Part shown: positions 29,578 through 39,545 of the stretch, one piece after another
Layout: each line of letters opens with the position of its first letter
Position numbering within the stretch: position 1 is the first letter of the stretch
Assembly: GCA_963805085.1 (NCBI GenBank)
Contig: CAWDTA010000004.1
Coordinates: forward strand, 384,001-448,000
DNA from: an uncultured Veillonellaceae bacterium
Lineage (GTDB): Bacteria > Bacillota > Negativicutes > JARBTT01
Reading direction: 5' to 3'
Length of the DNA: 64,000 nt
The notes under the pieces: model-generated
What the model was told of the DNA's origin: nothing
Database searches by the model: none
What the model saw: the letters and a program-made list of their open reading frames with translations, nothing else
Made by a program: the position numbers and the translations under genes

Positions 29578-30297
29578 TCAACCTATTTTTGTGTTCGGTT
29601 TTTCTTGATTTATACCAATTGCTTTATCCACTTCTTCACGAGTGATTTCACCTTTGGCGATCAATTCATCAATCCATTTTCCATGATGGGCACTGGCATA
29701 ACGGGCATCAATATTGCCTTCTTGCATACCACGCATGGAATCAGGGTTAACCGATGCCGCCAAATAAATATGGCCAATCGCTGCTGCAAAGCCGATGCCA
29801 GCAGCAATGCTATGTAGCGGGATCATCCAAGCAAGCGTTTCTTTGCCGATCAGTCCGTTACCAAACCAGATTACCAGACCAGAAACGACCAAAAGAAGCC
29901 AGATTATCGCCTGCAGACTTATATTCATTTTCTCGCCGCCATTATAGAAAGTCTGTTTTGGCATTCCTGATGGATGAACACCGATGAGTTCAGGTGGGAA
30001 CTTCTGCATGAAAACCATATCATCTTTATCGAAACTGAGGACTTCCTTGGCCAAGGTACCAAAACCTTTGCGAGCAATCAACATGCCAATTAGAGGCGTC
30101 GCAATGAAGACGACAGCAAATACGCGGTGCAAGATCTGCAGTGTATGTGCGCCAAAGACATCATAGAGGAAACGGAACGTATCCGCATAAAGTGGCAAAG
30201 CCGTCAGAAAAAGCATTAAAAATGAAAATGCATTCAGCCAATGACAGATGATAAAGCTTTTTTCATGACGTGGCACATATTTTTTATCAATCAACAT
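29578..30297 (-). CDS. fdnI: formate dehydrogenase cytochrome b (gamma) subunit
   Basis: Four TM helices with heme His (CHW, LHR, LHS, GHIY), YNGGEK, HHGKW. Confidence 0.88.
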   Translation of the reverse strand: MLIDKKYVPRHEKSFIICHWLNAFSFLMLFLTALPLYADTFRFLYDVFGAHTLQILHRVFAVVFIATPLIGMLIARKGFGTLAKEVLSFDKDDMVFMQKFPPELIGVHPSGMPKQTFYNGGEKMNISLQAIIWLLLVVSGLVIWFGNGLIGKETLAWMIPLHSIAAGIGFAAAIGHIYLAASVNPDSMRGMQEGNIDARYASAHHGKWIDELIAKGEITREEVDKAIGINQEKPNTKIG

Positions 30298-31108
30298 GCG
30301 AATCCCCACCTTTCCCGTTTTCTTGATGTTCCTTTTGCTTTTTCGCGATGACCTTGCTCAAGGTATAAGCCCCAGCACAGCCGACAATGGCAGCAACGCC
30401 TGCGACCTTTCCAATCGGGCGGATGATATCTTTCCATAAATTCATCGCATCCGATGTCTTAGGATCATCTGGCAGACCATAAACAGAAGGTTTATCGGTC
30501 AAAATGTACGTCATATGAGTCCCGCCTACACCATTTTTATCTACGCCATAAAGCTGAGCATTGGGAAAAGAAGCTTTAACCGCAGTTAAACGTTCTTGAG
30601 CCAAAGCGCTCATTTCTTCTTTTGTTCCAAAATTGATTGCGCTTGCTGTACAAGTCTGTGCACAAGATGGCACCATCCCGTTATCGATACGGTCTACGCA
30701 AAGATTACATTTTGTTGATTTATGCGTTTTTTCATCAATTTTTGGCACGTCAAACGGGCAATTGATGGCGCAATAACCGCAGCCGACACATTTATCCCGA
30801 TCGATCACAACAGCGCCCGTATCAGTTTTACTGATCGCATCTTCCGGGCAGCCCTTCATACAGGCAGGATTCTCGCAGTGCATGCACTGCACTTTGATCA
30901 TATCCCAATGAAACTTGCCGTCTTCGACGCGTTCATTCATTTTCACCAAATTATAAGTCTTCGAGCTCAGACTCTTATGTGACTGGTATTCGCCATCGAA
31001 CGGCGTATTCTCAGCCGGGAGATTTTTCCACTGTTTACAAGCTACCATACAGGCACGACAGCCGGTACATCTTGAAACATCATGCAGCATGGCCATTTCT
31101 TTTGCCAT
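30287..31108 (-). CDS. fdnH: formate dehydrogenase iron-sulfur (beta) subunit
   Basis: Four Cys clusters (CTGCRACMVAC, CMHC..PAC..GCP, CVGCGYCAINCP, KCNLC...SC..TC) and a C-terminal TM anchor. Confidence 0.92.
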   Translation of the reverse strand: MAKEMAMLHDVSRCTGCRACMVACKQWKNLPAENTPFDGEYQSHKSLSSKTYNLVKMNERVEDGKFHWDMIKVQCMHCENPACMKGCPEDAISKTDTGAVVIDRDKCVGCGYCAINCPFDVPKIDEKTHKSTKCNLCVDRIDNGMVPSCAQTCTASAINFGTKEEMSALAQERLTAVKASFPNAQLYGVDKNGVGGTHMTYILTDKPSVYGLPDDPKTSDAMNLWKDIIRPIGKVAGVAAIVGCAGAYTLSKVIAKKQKEHQENGKGGDSHVD

Positions 31109-31133
31109 GTATACCACTCCTTTATCTTTGAAA

Positions 31134-31988
31134 CTATATTAGAGAGTTACCTTTTTGCTTAAGTCCTTCTTCTTCTGCTACCATATCCAAATGAAGCGTT
31201 GTCCAGTCGGCCAGATAAATCGCTTCTTTACCTTCATTTAGGTAAGTTTTGATGTAAGACTGGCATTCATCGCATACATCTATTCGCATTTCCGGTTCTG
31301 CTTCGCTTTCGAGCAAGCGAAGTTTATTCAAATCCTCGTTGCCACAACAAACGCAGCCGATACGCTTATAATGCCAAATCTCATGGCAATTACCGCAGAC
31401 AAGGTGGCGTTCACGCCCTTGGTTCTTTTTCTTGAGCTGTGCCAATACTGGCAAAGAACCGCAAACTGGACAATAATTTCGATCCCAGTTAAGGTCTTTT
31501 TGCCATTCGTCTTTTTCCTTCTCTAATGGCACCAATACACGCGAAACTGCAAGCCATACGATATAACTCAAAGCGTTTGCGTTCAGTTCTTTCTTTTCAC
31601 AAAAACTACGAATACTATCCCCTTCTTGACAAAGGACATAACCGATCATTTCTGTTGCGGCGTTTTCAGCCAGATATCCCTCTAGCGATTGGCAAAAGCT
31701 TTTTAAGGCTTCTGGAATCTCCTCTTTTAGTAACCCCTGAATCAGTTTGCGCATCACATTTTCAACAGGCTTGCCTAATGCTACCTGAAAATCTGCATGC
31801 TGTAACAGCGGGATTCCTTGTTTAAAATCTTCTGCATAAGCAGAAAAAGACGGCAAAGAAAATTTTTCCACATCAAGCTCAGCTAAAATCGCTTCCGCTC
31901 CTGTATGGAGCTTACCGATTTCCTGCAAAAAAGGATGTTTCTCAAGATATGCCGAGAGCAGTTCCTTTTTCCCGTTATTACTATTCAT
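31134..31988 (-). CDS. fdhE: formate dehydrogenase accessory protein
   Basis: CPVCG, CGNC..W...R.GCVCCG, CDECQSYIK, HLD. Confidence 0.92.
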   Translation of the reverse strand: MNSNNGKKELLSAYLEKHPFLQEIGKLHTGAEAILAELDVEKFSLPSFSAYAEDFKQGIPLLQHADFQVALGKPVENVMRKLIQGLLKEEIPEALKSFCQSLEGYLAENAATEMIGYVLCQEGDSIRSFCEKKELNANALSYIVWLAVSRVLVPLEKEKDEWQKDLNWDRNYCPVCGSLPVLAQLKKKNQGRERHLVCGNCHEIWHYKRIGCVCCGNEDLNKLRLLESEAEPEMRIDVCDECQSYIKTYLNEGKEAIYLADWTTLHLDMVAEEEGLKQKGNSLI

Positions 31989-32004
31989 TCTTTATCCACC
32001 TTAC

Positions 32005-35000
32005 TTATGCTTTCTTGATATTAATCAAACAAGCCTTGAATTCCTGTTCCTGAACATTCGGATCAAGCGCATCAATCGTAAGAACGTTTGTGCTCGGTCC
32101 TTTAGCCAATCCCTTGAAGCCCCAGTTATACGGCATCCAAACGATATGAGTTTCTTCACCGTTTATGGTCAATGGTTTAGCACGATTGGTAACCATAGCT
32201 TTTACTTTTACTTCGCCACGCGCGGAGCAAACATTCACATAGTCGCCCTGCTTAACACCAATTTTTTTCGACAATTCTATAGAAATCTCAGCAAATGGTT
32301 CTTTTACAAGCTCGTTGAGGTAAGGAATATTACGGGTGATGGTTCCCGAGCACCAATGCTCGGCGAGACTTGATGTACAAAGTACATATGGAAATTCATC
32401 TTTGGTACCGATTCGTTGTCCATCAGGCAGACGTGGATAGATTACGCAAGGATTGAATTGTGTTTTTTCATGTAACGAATTCTTCGCCGGGCTTTCCACT
32501 GGTTCGTAAAATTCCGGCATCGGACCGTCAACTGGCGTGTAGGAATGATCCCTGGTCGTCATATCCGCATTGCGATCCTTGTAGGCAGCAGCAAACAAGC
32601 GGCTAAAGCCTTCACCGTTCATGCGGAACGGTTTCTGCCCGCCTGGCGTGTTCGGACTATCCTTGAGATTGGCAACATCCGGACGGTCATAACCATCCCA
32701 CTGGCCTTTCGCTTCATCCCACCATACGATCTTGTTTCTTTCATCAAGTGGCTTGCCATTTTTATCGCAGGAGGCACGATTGTAAAGGATGCGGATATTA
32801 TCTGGCCAGCACCAAGCATATTCTGGGAAGATACCCATATTGCCCTTATCTGCTTGTCCACGACGCTTCGCTTGGTTCTTATCTCCAGCAAATACGCCGG
32901 CATAGATCCAGAGGCCACTGCTGGTTGTTCCATCGTCCTTGATCTCGGCAATCCCATTTAAGAGCTTGCCCGTTTTCAAGTCGTAGCCGTTGATTTCCCT
33001 AAGCACAGCTTCCGCCATATTTTCTTCCGGATAATTCCAAACCAAGTCCAGAATTGCTCGATCTTTTTGTACGGTCGAATCCTTGTAAAGTTCGCGTAGC
33101 TTCTTGAACAGGCGGTCAATAATCCAAAGATCCGCTTTAGAATCGCCGACTTTATTAGGGCCCGCCATGCGCCACTGAATCATGCGCATCGAATTGATCA
33201 TCGTGCCTTCGCGTTCAAGATAGGAACATGCTGGCATGAAGATAACTTCCGTATTAATCTTGGAAGCATCTGATCCCGGGCGTTCCCAAAAAGCTGCCGT
33301 TTCATTGATAAATACATCCTGCACAATCAAAGTTTCAAGATTGGATAAACCCTTGTGCGTCAAGTTCAGATTCGCCTGTGACATCATTGGGTTCTGTCCG
33401 GCAACATAGGTGCATTTCACCTTGCCTTCGATCATTTTTTCAAACGAAATATAAAGAGAATCATTATGATGGCTGTTGCGGATTGGCAGATAGCTGAATC
33501 CGTAATCGTTTTCCTTCGTCGCTTTTTCACCGTACCAAGCCTTTAGTAGATTGACCACGAATTTAGCACGGAAAGAGCCACTTTCGTCGGACCATTCAGG
33601 CAAGGTACCAGTCGCCTGCGTCGGATAAGAAAGATACCCTGGCAGATACTGGAACATGATGCCAAAATCCGTCGATCCCTGTACATTCGGTTGCCCACGC
33701 ATGGCATCAATACCTGTACCTGGCTTGCCGACATTGCCGAGCAAGAGTTGCAGGATCGTAAAGCAACGAATATTTTGCACACCAACCGTATGTTGCGTCA
33801 TGCCAAGCGCATAAAGCATTACACAAGGTTTGGTTGTAATAAGTAATTCAGCGGCTTCTTTGATTTTTTCTGCTGGCGTACCAGTGATATTTGAAGCCAT
33901 CTCAAAGGTATAACGTTTGTAATGCTCACGCATTTTTGTGTATACGCTATCCGGATGGTTGATGTCGTCGGTCTTGATCGGTTTGCCAGCTGCATCAATC
34001 TGATAGCCCCAGCTGTGCTGATCATACGTACGTTTCTCGGCATCATAACCAGAAAACACGCCTTCTTTAAAGTCAAAATCCTTCGTAACAAGACAATACG
34101 CATTGGTATTGAGCTTAACATACTCTTCATCATAGCGTTTATTCTCCAAAATATAGCTAATAATCGCTCCCAAAAAGGCAATATCCGTGCCTGGGCGTAA
34201 CTGAATATGCTGATCAGCAATTTTCGAAGTACGCGTGAATCTTGTATCGATATGTACAATTTTCGCTCCGCGTTCCTTAGCCCTCATAATGGCCTTCATT
34301 CCCATCGGATGACATTCGGCAACATTACTGCCTTCCACCCAGATGAGTTTTGCGTTCTGTATATCTGGCCATGGGTTGGTCATCGCCCCGCGACCAAAAG
34401 CAGCGTTCAGTGCTGGCGGCGTAGTTGCATGGCAAACACGAGTCTGGTTGTCCGTGAACACGGCCCCCACAGCACGCGTCATTTTTATCAGCGCATAGCA
34501 TTCTTCGTTATTGACCTGAGAACCGCCGATGAAGCTGATCGCATCTGTACGATTTACTGCGTATTCTTTACCGTCAATCGTTTCTTTTTCAATCCAATTC
34601 TCATCACGAGCTTTTTTCATCGCTTTTGCTGACCGCTCAATCGCTTCGTCCCAGCTGATTTCTTGCCATTTATCGCTACCAGGCGCCCGATAAAGTGGTG
34701 TCTTTGGACGCTGGTCGGAATTCGGGATATGTCCATAGCCTAAGCCTTTGCTACAAAGGCTACCTCTATTAATTGGGCTGTCTGTAGCCCCCTCTAAATT
34801 AATCAATTTTCCATCTCTCACATGACCAATGACACTGCACCCACATGCGCAGAAATGGCATACAGAGGTAAATTCTTTAGCGCCAGTTAGTTTGAAATCC
34901 TTCGTGGCAGCTTTTACTTTAGGGATATCAAATCCAAAATCTGCTAGCGCAAATCCAATACTGGCTGCCCCGGCACTTTTGATAAAATCCCTTCTGTTGA

Positions 35001-35007
35001 TATACAT
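32005..35007 (-). CDS. fdnG: formate dehydrogenase-N alpha subunit, Cys-type, Tat-exported
   Basis: Twin-Arg signal NRRDFIK; CHFCACGC...LCSKG Fe-S motif; active site QTRVCH (TGC codon); FGRGAMTN; RGQPNVQG. Confidence 0.95.
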   Translation of the reverse strand: MYINRRDFIKSAGAASIGFALADFGFDIPKVKAATKDFKLTGAKEFTSVCHFCACGCSVIGHVRDGKLINLEGATDSPINRGSLCSKGLGYGHIPNSDQRPKTPLYRAPGSDKWQEISWDEAIERSAKAMKKARDENWIEKETIDGKEYAVNRTDAISFIGGSQVNNEECYALIKMTRAVGAVFTDNQTRVCHATTPPALNAAFGRGAMTNPWPDIQNAKLIWVEGSNVAECHPMGMKAIMRAKERGAKIVHIDTRFTRTSKIADQHIQLRPGTDIAFLGAIISYILENKRYDEEYVKLNTNAYCLVTKDFDFKEGVFSGYDAEKRTYDQHSWGYQIDAAGKPIKTDDINHPDSVYTKMREHYKRYTFEMASNITGTPAEKIKEAAELLITTKPCVMLYALGMTQHTVGVQNIRCFTILQLLLGNVGKPGTGIDAMRGQPNVQGSTDFGIMFQYLPGYLSYPTQATGTLPEWSDESGSFRAKFVVNLLKAWYGEKATKENDYGFSYLPIRNSHHNDSLYISFEKMIEGKVKCTYVAGQNPMMSQANLNLTHKGLSNLETLIVQDVFINETAAFWERPGSDASKINTEVIFMPACSYLEREGTMINSMRMIQWRMAGPNKVGDSKADLWIIDRLFKKLRELYKDSTVQKDRAILDLVWNYPEENMAEAVLREINGYDLKTGKLLNGIAEIKDDGTTSSGLWIYAGVFAGDKNQAKRRGQADKGNMGIFPEYAWCWPDNIRILYNRASCDKNGKPLDERNKIVWWDEAKGQWDGYDRPDVANLKDSPNTPGGQKPFRMNGEGFSRLFAAAYKDRNADMTTRDHSYTPVDGPMPEFYEPVESPAKNSLHEKTQFNPCVIYPRLPDGQRIGTKDEFPYVLCTSSLAEHWCSGTITRNIPYLNELVKEPFAEISIELSKKIGVKQGDYVNVCSARGEVKVKAMVTNRAKPLTINGEETHIVWMPYNWGFKGLAKGPSTNVLTIDALDPNVQEQEFKACLINIKKA

Positions 35008-35157
35008 TTTTTTGCCCCCTTAAACGGAAAATCTATATGAGTAAATTTCCTTCTGATCAATTCATAAGCCATGATTGAAAAAAGAAACATTCTCCAAACT
35101 TTATCTATATGAATAAATTATAATTATATTTAAATAAATATAATTTATTAATAACTT

Positions 35158-35208
35158 TTGTGCAATTAATCACAATTATAATATACGTCCCCAGTGTACA
35201 GATGTCAA
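35158..35208 (-). promoter_or_regulatory. fdnG promoter with a Rex-like operator at the start site
   Basis: TTGACA(35208-35203)-17bp-TATATT(35185-35180); palindrome TTGTG-CAATTAAT-CACAA at 35158-35175. Confidence 0.6.
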
Positions 35209-35504
35209 TGAGTCTGTATACAAAAAGCTTATAATTTTTTTGTGAATAAACATTTCATGGACACATTTTTTATGGTATATAGTAATATAAATAAAATTAA
35301 TATATCTAGTGTATTTATTTAAATCAAATTTATATGTTATAATGAATTAAAAGTCATATCGTAGAGATTTTTGTAAAATAACTTTAACAATGATAAGCTA
35401 AAAAAATCATGTTCCTGTAAAAAGGTTGCTTTATGTTATAAATCAGGAACTTTTAGAATTTTAAAATGTGCTAATTCGCTAGAATAAAGAATAGGAGCAA
35501 GCAT

Positions 35505-36305
35505 ATGGAACAAGGAAAAATAGAAGCAATACAAACATACGAAGTCGTTCAGTTTAAAAATAATGAATTCAGTGAATCTAAGCAAATGATATCCGAGGAA
35601 ATGCCGCTTACCGTATATTTAAATGGCAAAGAAACAACAACGATGCTTTGTTCACCAGTTGATCAAAAATACTTGGTGATCGGGTTCTTGATTTCTGAAG
35701 GAATGGTTCGATCTATTGAAGATATCAAAGAACTGATACTTAATGAAGACGACGGTTTGGTACACGTCGAGGCTGACATTATCGAAAAGGAATCGACAGA
35801 AGGATATTTACGCCGCTGCCTGACTACCTGCTGTGGACGTGGACGGGCCGGATTTTATTTTGCTAATGATCATAAAACAACAAAACATATTGATAGCAAA
35901 GCACGATTTATTGCAGCTGATATTTTAAAAAGCACAGCAACTTTACTACATGAGGCTTCAGCAACACATAGTAAAACGTATGGCGTACACAGTGGCGCTA
36001 TTGTGGAGAAGGGCGAACTGATCTTGTATTCGGAAGATATTGGGCGTCATAATATTTTTGATAAATTATACGGTAAATGTTTAGAGCAAAAGATGTCAAT
36101 GGAAAACAAACTGATTGTGTTCAGCGGCAGGATTTCTTCTGAAATTCTTATTAAGGTGAGTAAAATTGGGATTCCTTGCGTTGTGGCAAAGTCAGTACCA
36201 ACGACACTAGCTTTAGGGATGGCAAAAGAATTGGGCATTACAATTGTCGGACGTATGCGTCGTGATTCTTTTTGTGTTTATACACATCCAGAACGAATTG
36301 TTTAG
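35505..36305 (+). CDS. fdhD: formate dehydrogenase sulfurtransferase
   Basis: EMPLTVYLNG, TTCCG, GVHSG, EDIGRHN..DK, SGRISSE, YTHPERI. Confidence 0.94.
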   Translation: MEQGKIEAIQTYEVVQFKNNEFSESKQMISEEMPLTVYLNGKETTTMLCSPVDQKYLVIGFLISEGMVRSIEDIKELILNEDDGLVHVEADIIEKESTEGYLRRCLTTCCGRGRAGFYFANDHKTTKHIDSKARFIAADILKSTATLLHEASATHSKTYGVHSGAIVEKGELILYSEDIGRHNIFDKLYGKCLEQKMSMENKLIVFSGRISSEILIKVSKIGIPCVVAKSVPTTLALGMAKELGITIVGRMRRDSFCVYTHPERIV

Positions 36306-36392
36306 AATAAAAACAAGTGTTAATTTACTATATAAAACGATAAAGTTACTCCTAATTAATGTATACATTAAACAACATGCGAGGTGTAAAGA

Positions 36393-36878
36393 ATGAACGG
36401 ATTATCACATTTTGATACAAACGGAAATGCAATTATGGTTGATGTAAGTGAAAAAATGAGTACTAGCCGTATTGCAGTTGCCAAAGGAAAAATTGTCGTA
36501 AATAAAGAAGTGTATAAAGCGATTGCCGAAGGTACTGTAAAAAAGGGCGATGTCTTAGGTGTAGCTCGTGTAGCTGGCATCATGGCTGCAAAACAAACGA
36601 GCAGTTTAATTCCCATGTGTCATCCACTACTTATCACGAAATGTAGTGTTGACTTTGTCCTACTACCAGACGAATCTGCTGTAGAAGCAAGTGCAACGGT
36701 AAAAGTCAATGGACAAACTGGGGTGGAGATGGAAGCATTGACAGCTGTAAGTACGGCACTTTTAACAATTTATGATATGTGCAAGGCATTAGATAAAACA
36801 ATGGAAATTCAAACAATCGCTCTAGTAGAAAAAGCTGGTGGAAAAAGCGGTCATTTTGTAAATCCAAATGTTTTATAA
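36393..36878 (+). CDS. moaC: cyclic pyranopterin monophosphate synthase
   Basis: [39 protein letters not shown]. Confidence 0.96.
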   Translation: MNGLSHFDTNGNAIMVDVSEKMSTSRIAVAKGKIVVNKEVYKAIAEGTVKKGDVLGVARVAGIMAAKQTSSLIPMCHPLLITKCSVDFVLLPDESAVEASATVKVNGQTGVEMEALTAVSTALLTIYDMCKALDKTMEIQTIALVEKAGGKSGHFVNPNVL

Positions 36879-36893
36879 AGTAAGAAGGTACGC

Positions 36894-37877
36894 TTGATGT
36901 TAGATCAGTTTGGACGAACAATAGATTATATGCGAATTTCACTTACGGATCGCTGTAATTTATGCTGCAAATATTGTATGCCAGAAACCGGTGTCGAACA
37001 ACTCGGTCGTAAGGATATGCTCTCTTACGAAGAAATTATAAGATTAGCAAAAATTTTTGCCGGACTTGGTATTAAAAAAATCAAATTAACTGGAGGGGAA
37101 CCGCTAATCAAGTTAAATATTTGCCATCTTATTCGGGAATTGAAATCTATTCCGCAAATTGAGCAAGTTACAATTACGACCAACGGTATTTTGCTTTCCA
37201 AAATGGCGAAGGATTTAATTTCAGCAGGAGTTGACGGGTTTAATATCAGTTTGGATACGCTCGATAGAGAAAAATTCCATCAGTTGACGCGCCACGACCA
37301 ATTGTCTAACGTAATACAAGGCATTGATACTTTACTTGCGTTAAACTGTGAAAACATTAAAATCAATTGTGTACCAATTGAAGAAATTAATGAAGATCAA
37401 TTACTTGATATTGCTGGTTTTGCACAAAAACATCCAATTTCGGTTCGATTTATTGAATTGATGCCAATTGGTATGGCACATGATTTTACGGCAATTGAAA
37501 AAACTACGATTGTTTCGATGTTGCAAAAAGAATATGGTAAATCATTTCCTTGGTCAGGGCAACTTGGTAATGGTCCTGCAACTTATTATTCATTTCCCGG
37601 ATTTAAAGGAAAGATTGGCTTTATTGAAGCAATGCACAATAAATTTTGCATGACCTGTAATAGAATTCGTCTAACAGCCAATGGTTTTTTAAAACTTTGT
37701 CTCCAATATGATAAAGGTGTAGATTTAAAAAATCTGTTGAGAAATCAAAACGATAATGATTCTATTCGGGCAGTAATCGAAAAAAGCATTTATAAAAAAC
37801 CACAAGAGCATCATTTTAATGATGGCTCAGTAGTTGAAGGTCAAGATTTACGCAAAATGTTCCAGGTTGGTGGCTGA
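36894..37877 (+). CDS. moaA: GTP 3',8-cyclase
   Basis: RISLTDRCNLCCKYCMP radical SAM motif, FCMTCNRIRLT...CL, C-terminal VGG. Confidence 0.96.
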   Translation: MMLDQFGRTIDYMRISLTDRCNLCCKYCMPETGVEQLGRKDMLSYEEIIRLAKIFAGLGIKKIKLTGGEPLIKLNICHLIRELKSIPQIEQVTITTNGILLSKMAKDLISAGVDGFNISLDTLDREKFHQLTRHDQLSNVIQGIDTLLALNCENIKINCVPIEEINEDQLLDIAGFAQKHPISVRFIELMPIGMAHDFTAIEKTTIVSMLQKEYGKSFPWSGQLGNGPATYYSFPGFKGKIGFIEAMHNKFCMTCNRIRLTANGFLKLCLQYDKGVDLKNLLRNQNDNDSIRAVIEKSIYKKPQEHHFNDGSVVEGQDLRKMFQVGG

Positions 37878-37887
37878 ACATAAAGAT

Positions 37888-37926
37888 AAGGGGTTATCAC
37901 ACTAAAGATTAGTGCGTTAACCCCTT
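37888..37926. terminator. terminator between convergent moaA and dbpA
   Basis: AAGGGGTTA.CACACTAA / TTAGTGCGTTAACCCCTT. Confidence 0.75.
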
Positions 37927-37993
37927 AAAAATTTATCGATATATAATTAAAACAAAAATATCTTTATCAGTTATAATGCTCTGCGATCACTGA

Positions 37994-39442
37994 TTATACT
38001 ACGTGAACTTCTTTTATCGTATGAATCTTCCCTTTGATCTTCGTGGTTTTAAGTGCTTCAATGACAAGTTCACCTTTATCATTGAGAATTTCAACATAGG
38101 AGCATGTATCTTGGATATTGATAATACCAATATCACTTCCACTGATCCCTTTAATCGTAGTAAGTGCTCCCATTATATCGCCTGGGCGCATCTTAGTTTT
38201 TTTACCAGCATTAATTCGAATTCTTGTAATATGCTCATTCAATTTTTCGCTTTTATCAATTTTCAAAGTCGGCCCAATCACCTCAAGCTTATTAAGAATT
38301 AATTTTCCCTCTTCCACTTCATCTATGGTCGGAATTTCTTGCTCAGGAATCTCATAATCAACATAATCTTCAATCTTATGCAATAATTTGTATTCATACC
38401 TAGTTGCAAAGGTAAGCGCTACCCCAGAATTACCAGCCCGCCCTGTTCTGCCAATTCGATGAACATAGCTTTCATTTTCTTGCGGCATATCATAATTGAC
38501 TACCAATGAGATATCGTCTATATGGATTCCCCGCGCTGCTACATCTGTGGCAATTAAGAATTGAAATTCACCTCTTTTAAACTCTTGAATTGAAGCTAAC
38601 CGATCTCGCTGTTCCATTCCGCCATGCAATGTCTTACAGGAATAATCTTTACATTTCATCTTCGCAAACACGTCTTCCACTTTGTCTCTCGTATTGCAAA
38701 AGATGATACAACTCTCCGGTCTTTCAACATAGATAAGTTTCATCATCAGCTGAAACTTATCTTCTTCACGTACTTCATAATAACCTTGACGAATGTTTTC
38801 CAGACCAAAAGTCTGAGAATCAATTTCTATGGTAACAGGATCTTTCATGTATTGCTTGCAGATTTCCCGAATTTTAGCTGCCATTGTAGCTGAAAACAAC
38901 ATCGTGATCCTATCTTCTGGCAACACTTTTATGATGTCCTCGATCTGATCAATGAACCCCATCTCCAACATTTTATCCGCTTCATCAATAATGAGGTACT
39001 TCACCTCTTCTAGATTTATATTACCTCTCTCGATATGATCAAAAGTTCTTCCTGGCGTTCCAACCACAACATGTACTCTTTGTCTTAATTCCCGTTTTTG
39101 CACCTCAATAGGTTGTCTGCCAAAAACAGCAGCACATTTTACTCTCTTAAATCTCCCTATATTAGAAATCTCCTGCTTGATTTGTACTGCTAATTCTCTC
39201 GTTGGCGTAAGTACCAATACTTGAGGATTTTTTTGTTCGATTTCTATTTTTTCACAAACTGGAATAGCAAAAGCCGCTGTCTTACCACTTCCAGTCTGGG
39301 ATTTAACGATGATATCTTTTTCTGCAAAAACGCAAGGGATAACTTCCTCCTGAACCTCAGTTAGTGTCTCATACCCCAATTCTTTTAATGCGCTGGCTAC
39401 TTCTTTACTAAAAACATGCTTTTCAATGTTTTGACCATTCAT
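37994..39442 (-). CDS. dbpA: DEAD-box RNA helicase with DbpA RNA-binding domain
   Basis: QTGSGKT, PTRELA, DEAD, SAT, ARGI, HRIGRTGR; C-terminal GKKTKMRPGDI. Confidence 0.92.
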   Translation of the reverse strand: MNGQNIEKHVFSKEVASALKELGYETLTEVQEEVIPCVFAEKDIIVKSQTGSGKTAAFAIPVCEKIEIEQKNPQVLVLTPTRELAVQIKQEISNIGRFKRVKCAAVFGRQPIEVQKRELRQRVHVVVGTPGRTFDHIERGNINLEEVKYLIIDEADKMLEMGFIDQIEDIIKVLPEDRITMLFSATMAAKIREICKQYMKDPVTIEIDSQTFGLENIRQGYYEVREEDKFQLMMKLIYVERPESCIIFCNTRDKVEDVFAKMKCKDYSCKTLHGGMEQRDRLASIQEFKRGEFQFLIATDVAARGIHIDDISLVVNYDMPQENESYVHRIGRTGRAGNSGVALTFATRYEYKLLHKIEDYVDYEIPEQEIPTIDEVEEGKLILNKLEVIGPTLKIDKSEKLNEHITRIRINAGKKTKMRPGDIMGALTTIKGISGSDIGIINIQDTCSYVEILNDKGELVIEALKTTKIKGKIHTIKEVHVV

Positions 39443-39545
39443 ACGATGTTAACCCTCATTTTCTTCAAATTCTCTTAGTGCTAGCTTACTGTAGTTTATC
39501 AATCCTTATACCTATCATAGCACATTGCCAAGAACAAAGTCGCTA

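Noticed and set aside
34420-34445. Selenocysteine recoding in fdnG
   Set aside because: The codon is TGC and the ORF is uninterrupted
36318-36341. ModE-like box upstream of moaC (TGTTAATTTACTATATAAAACGAT)
   Set aside because: Only one half-site matches, in AT-rich DNA, and there is no modE in the window
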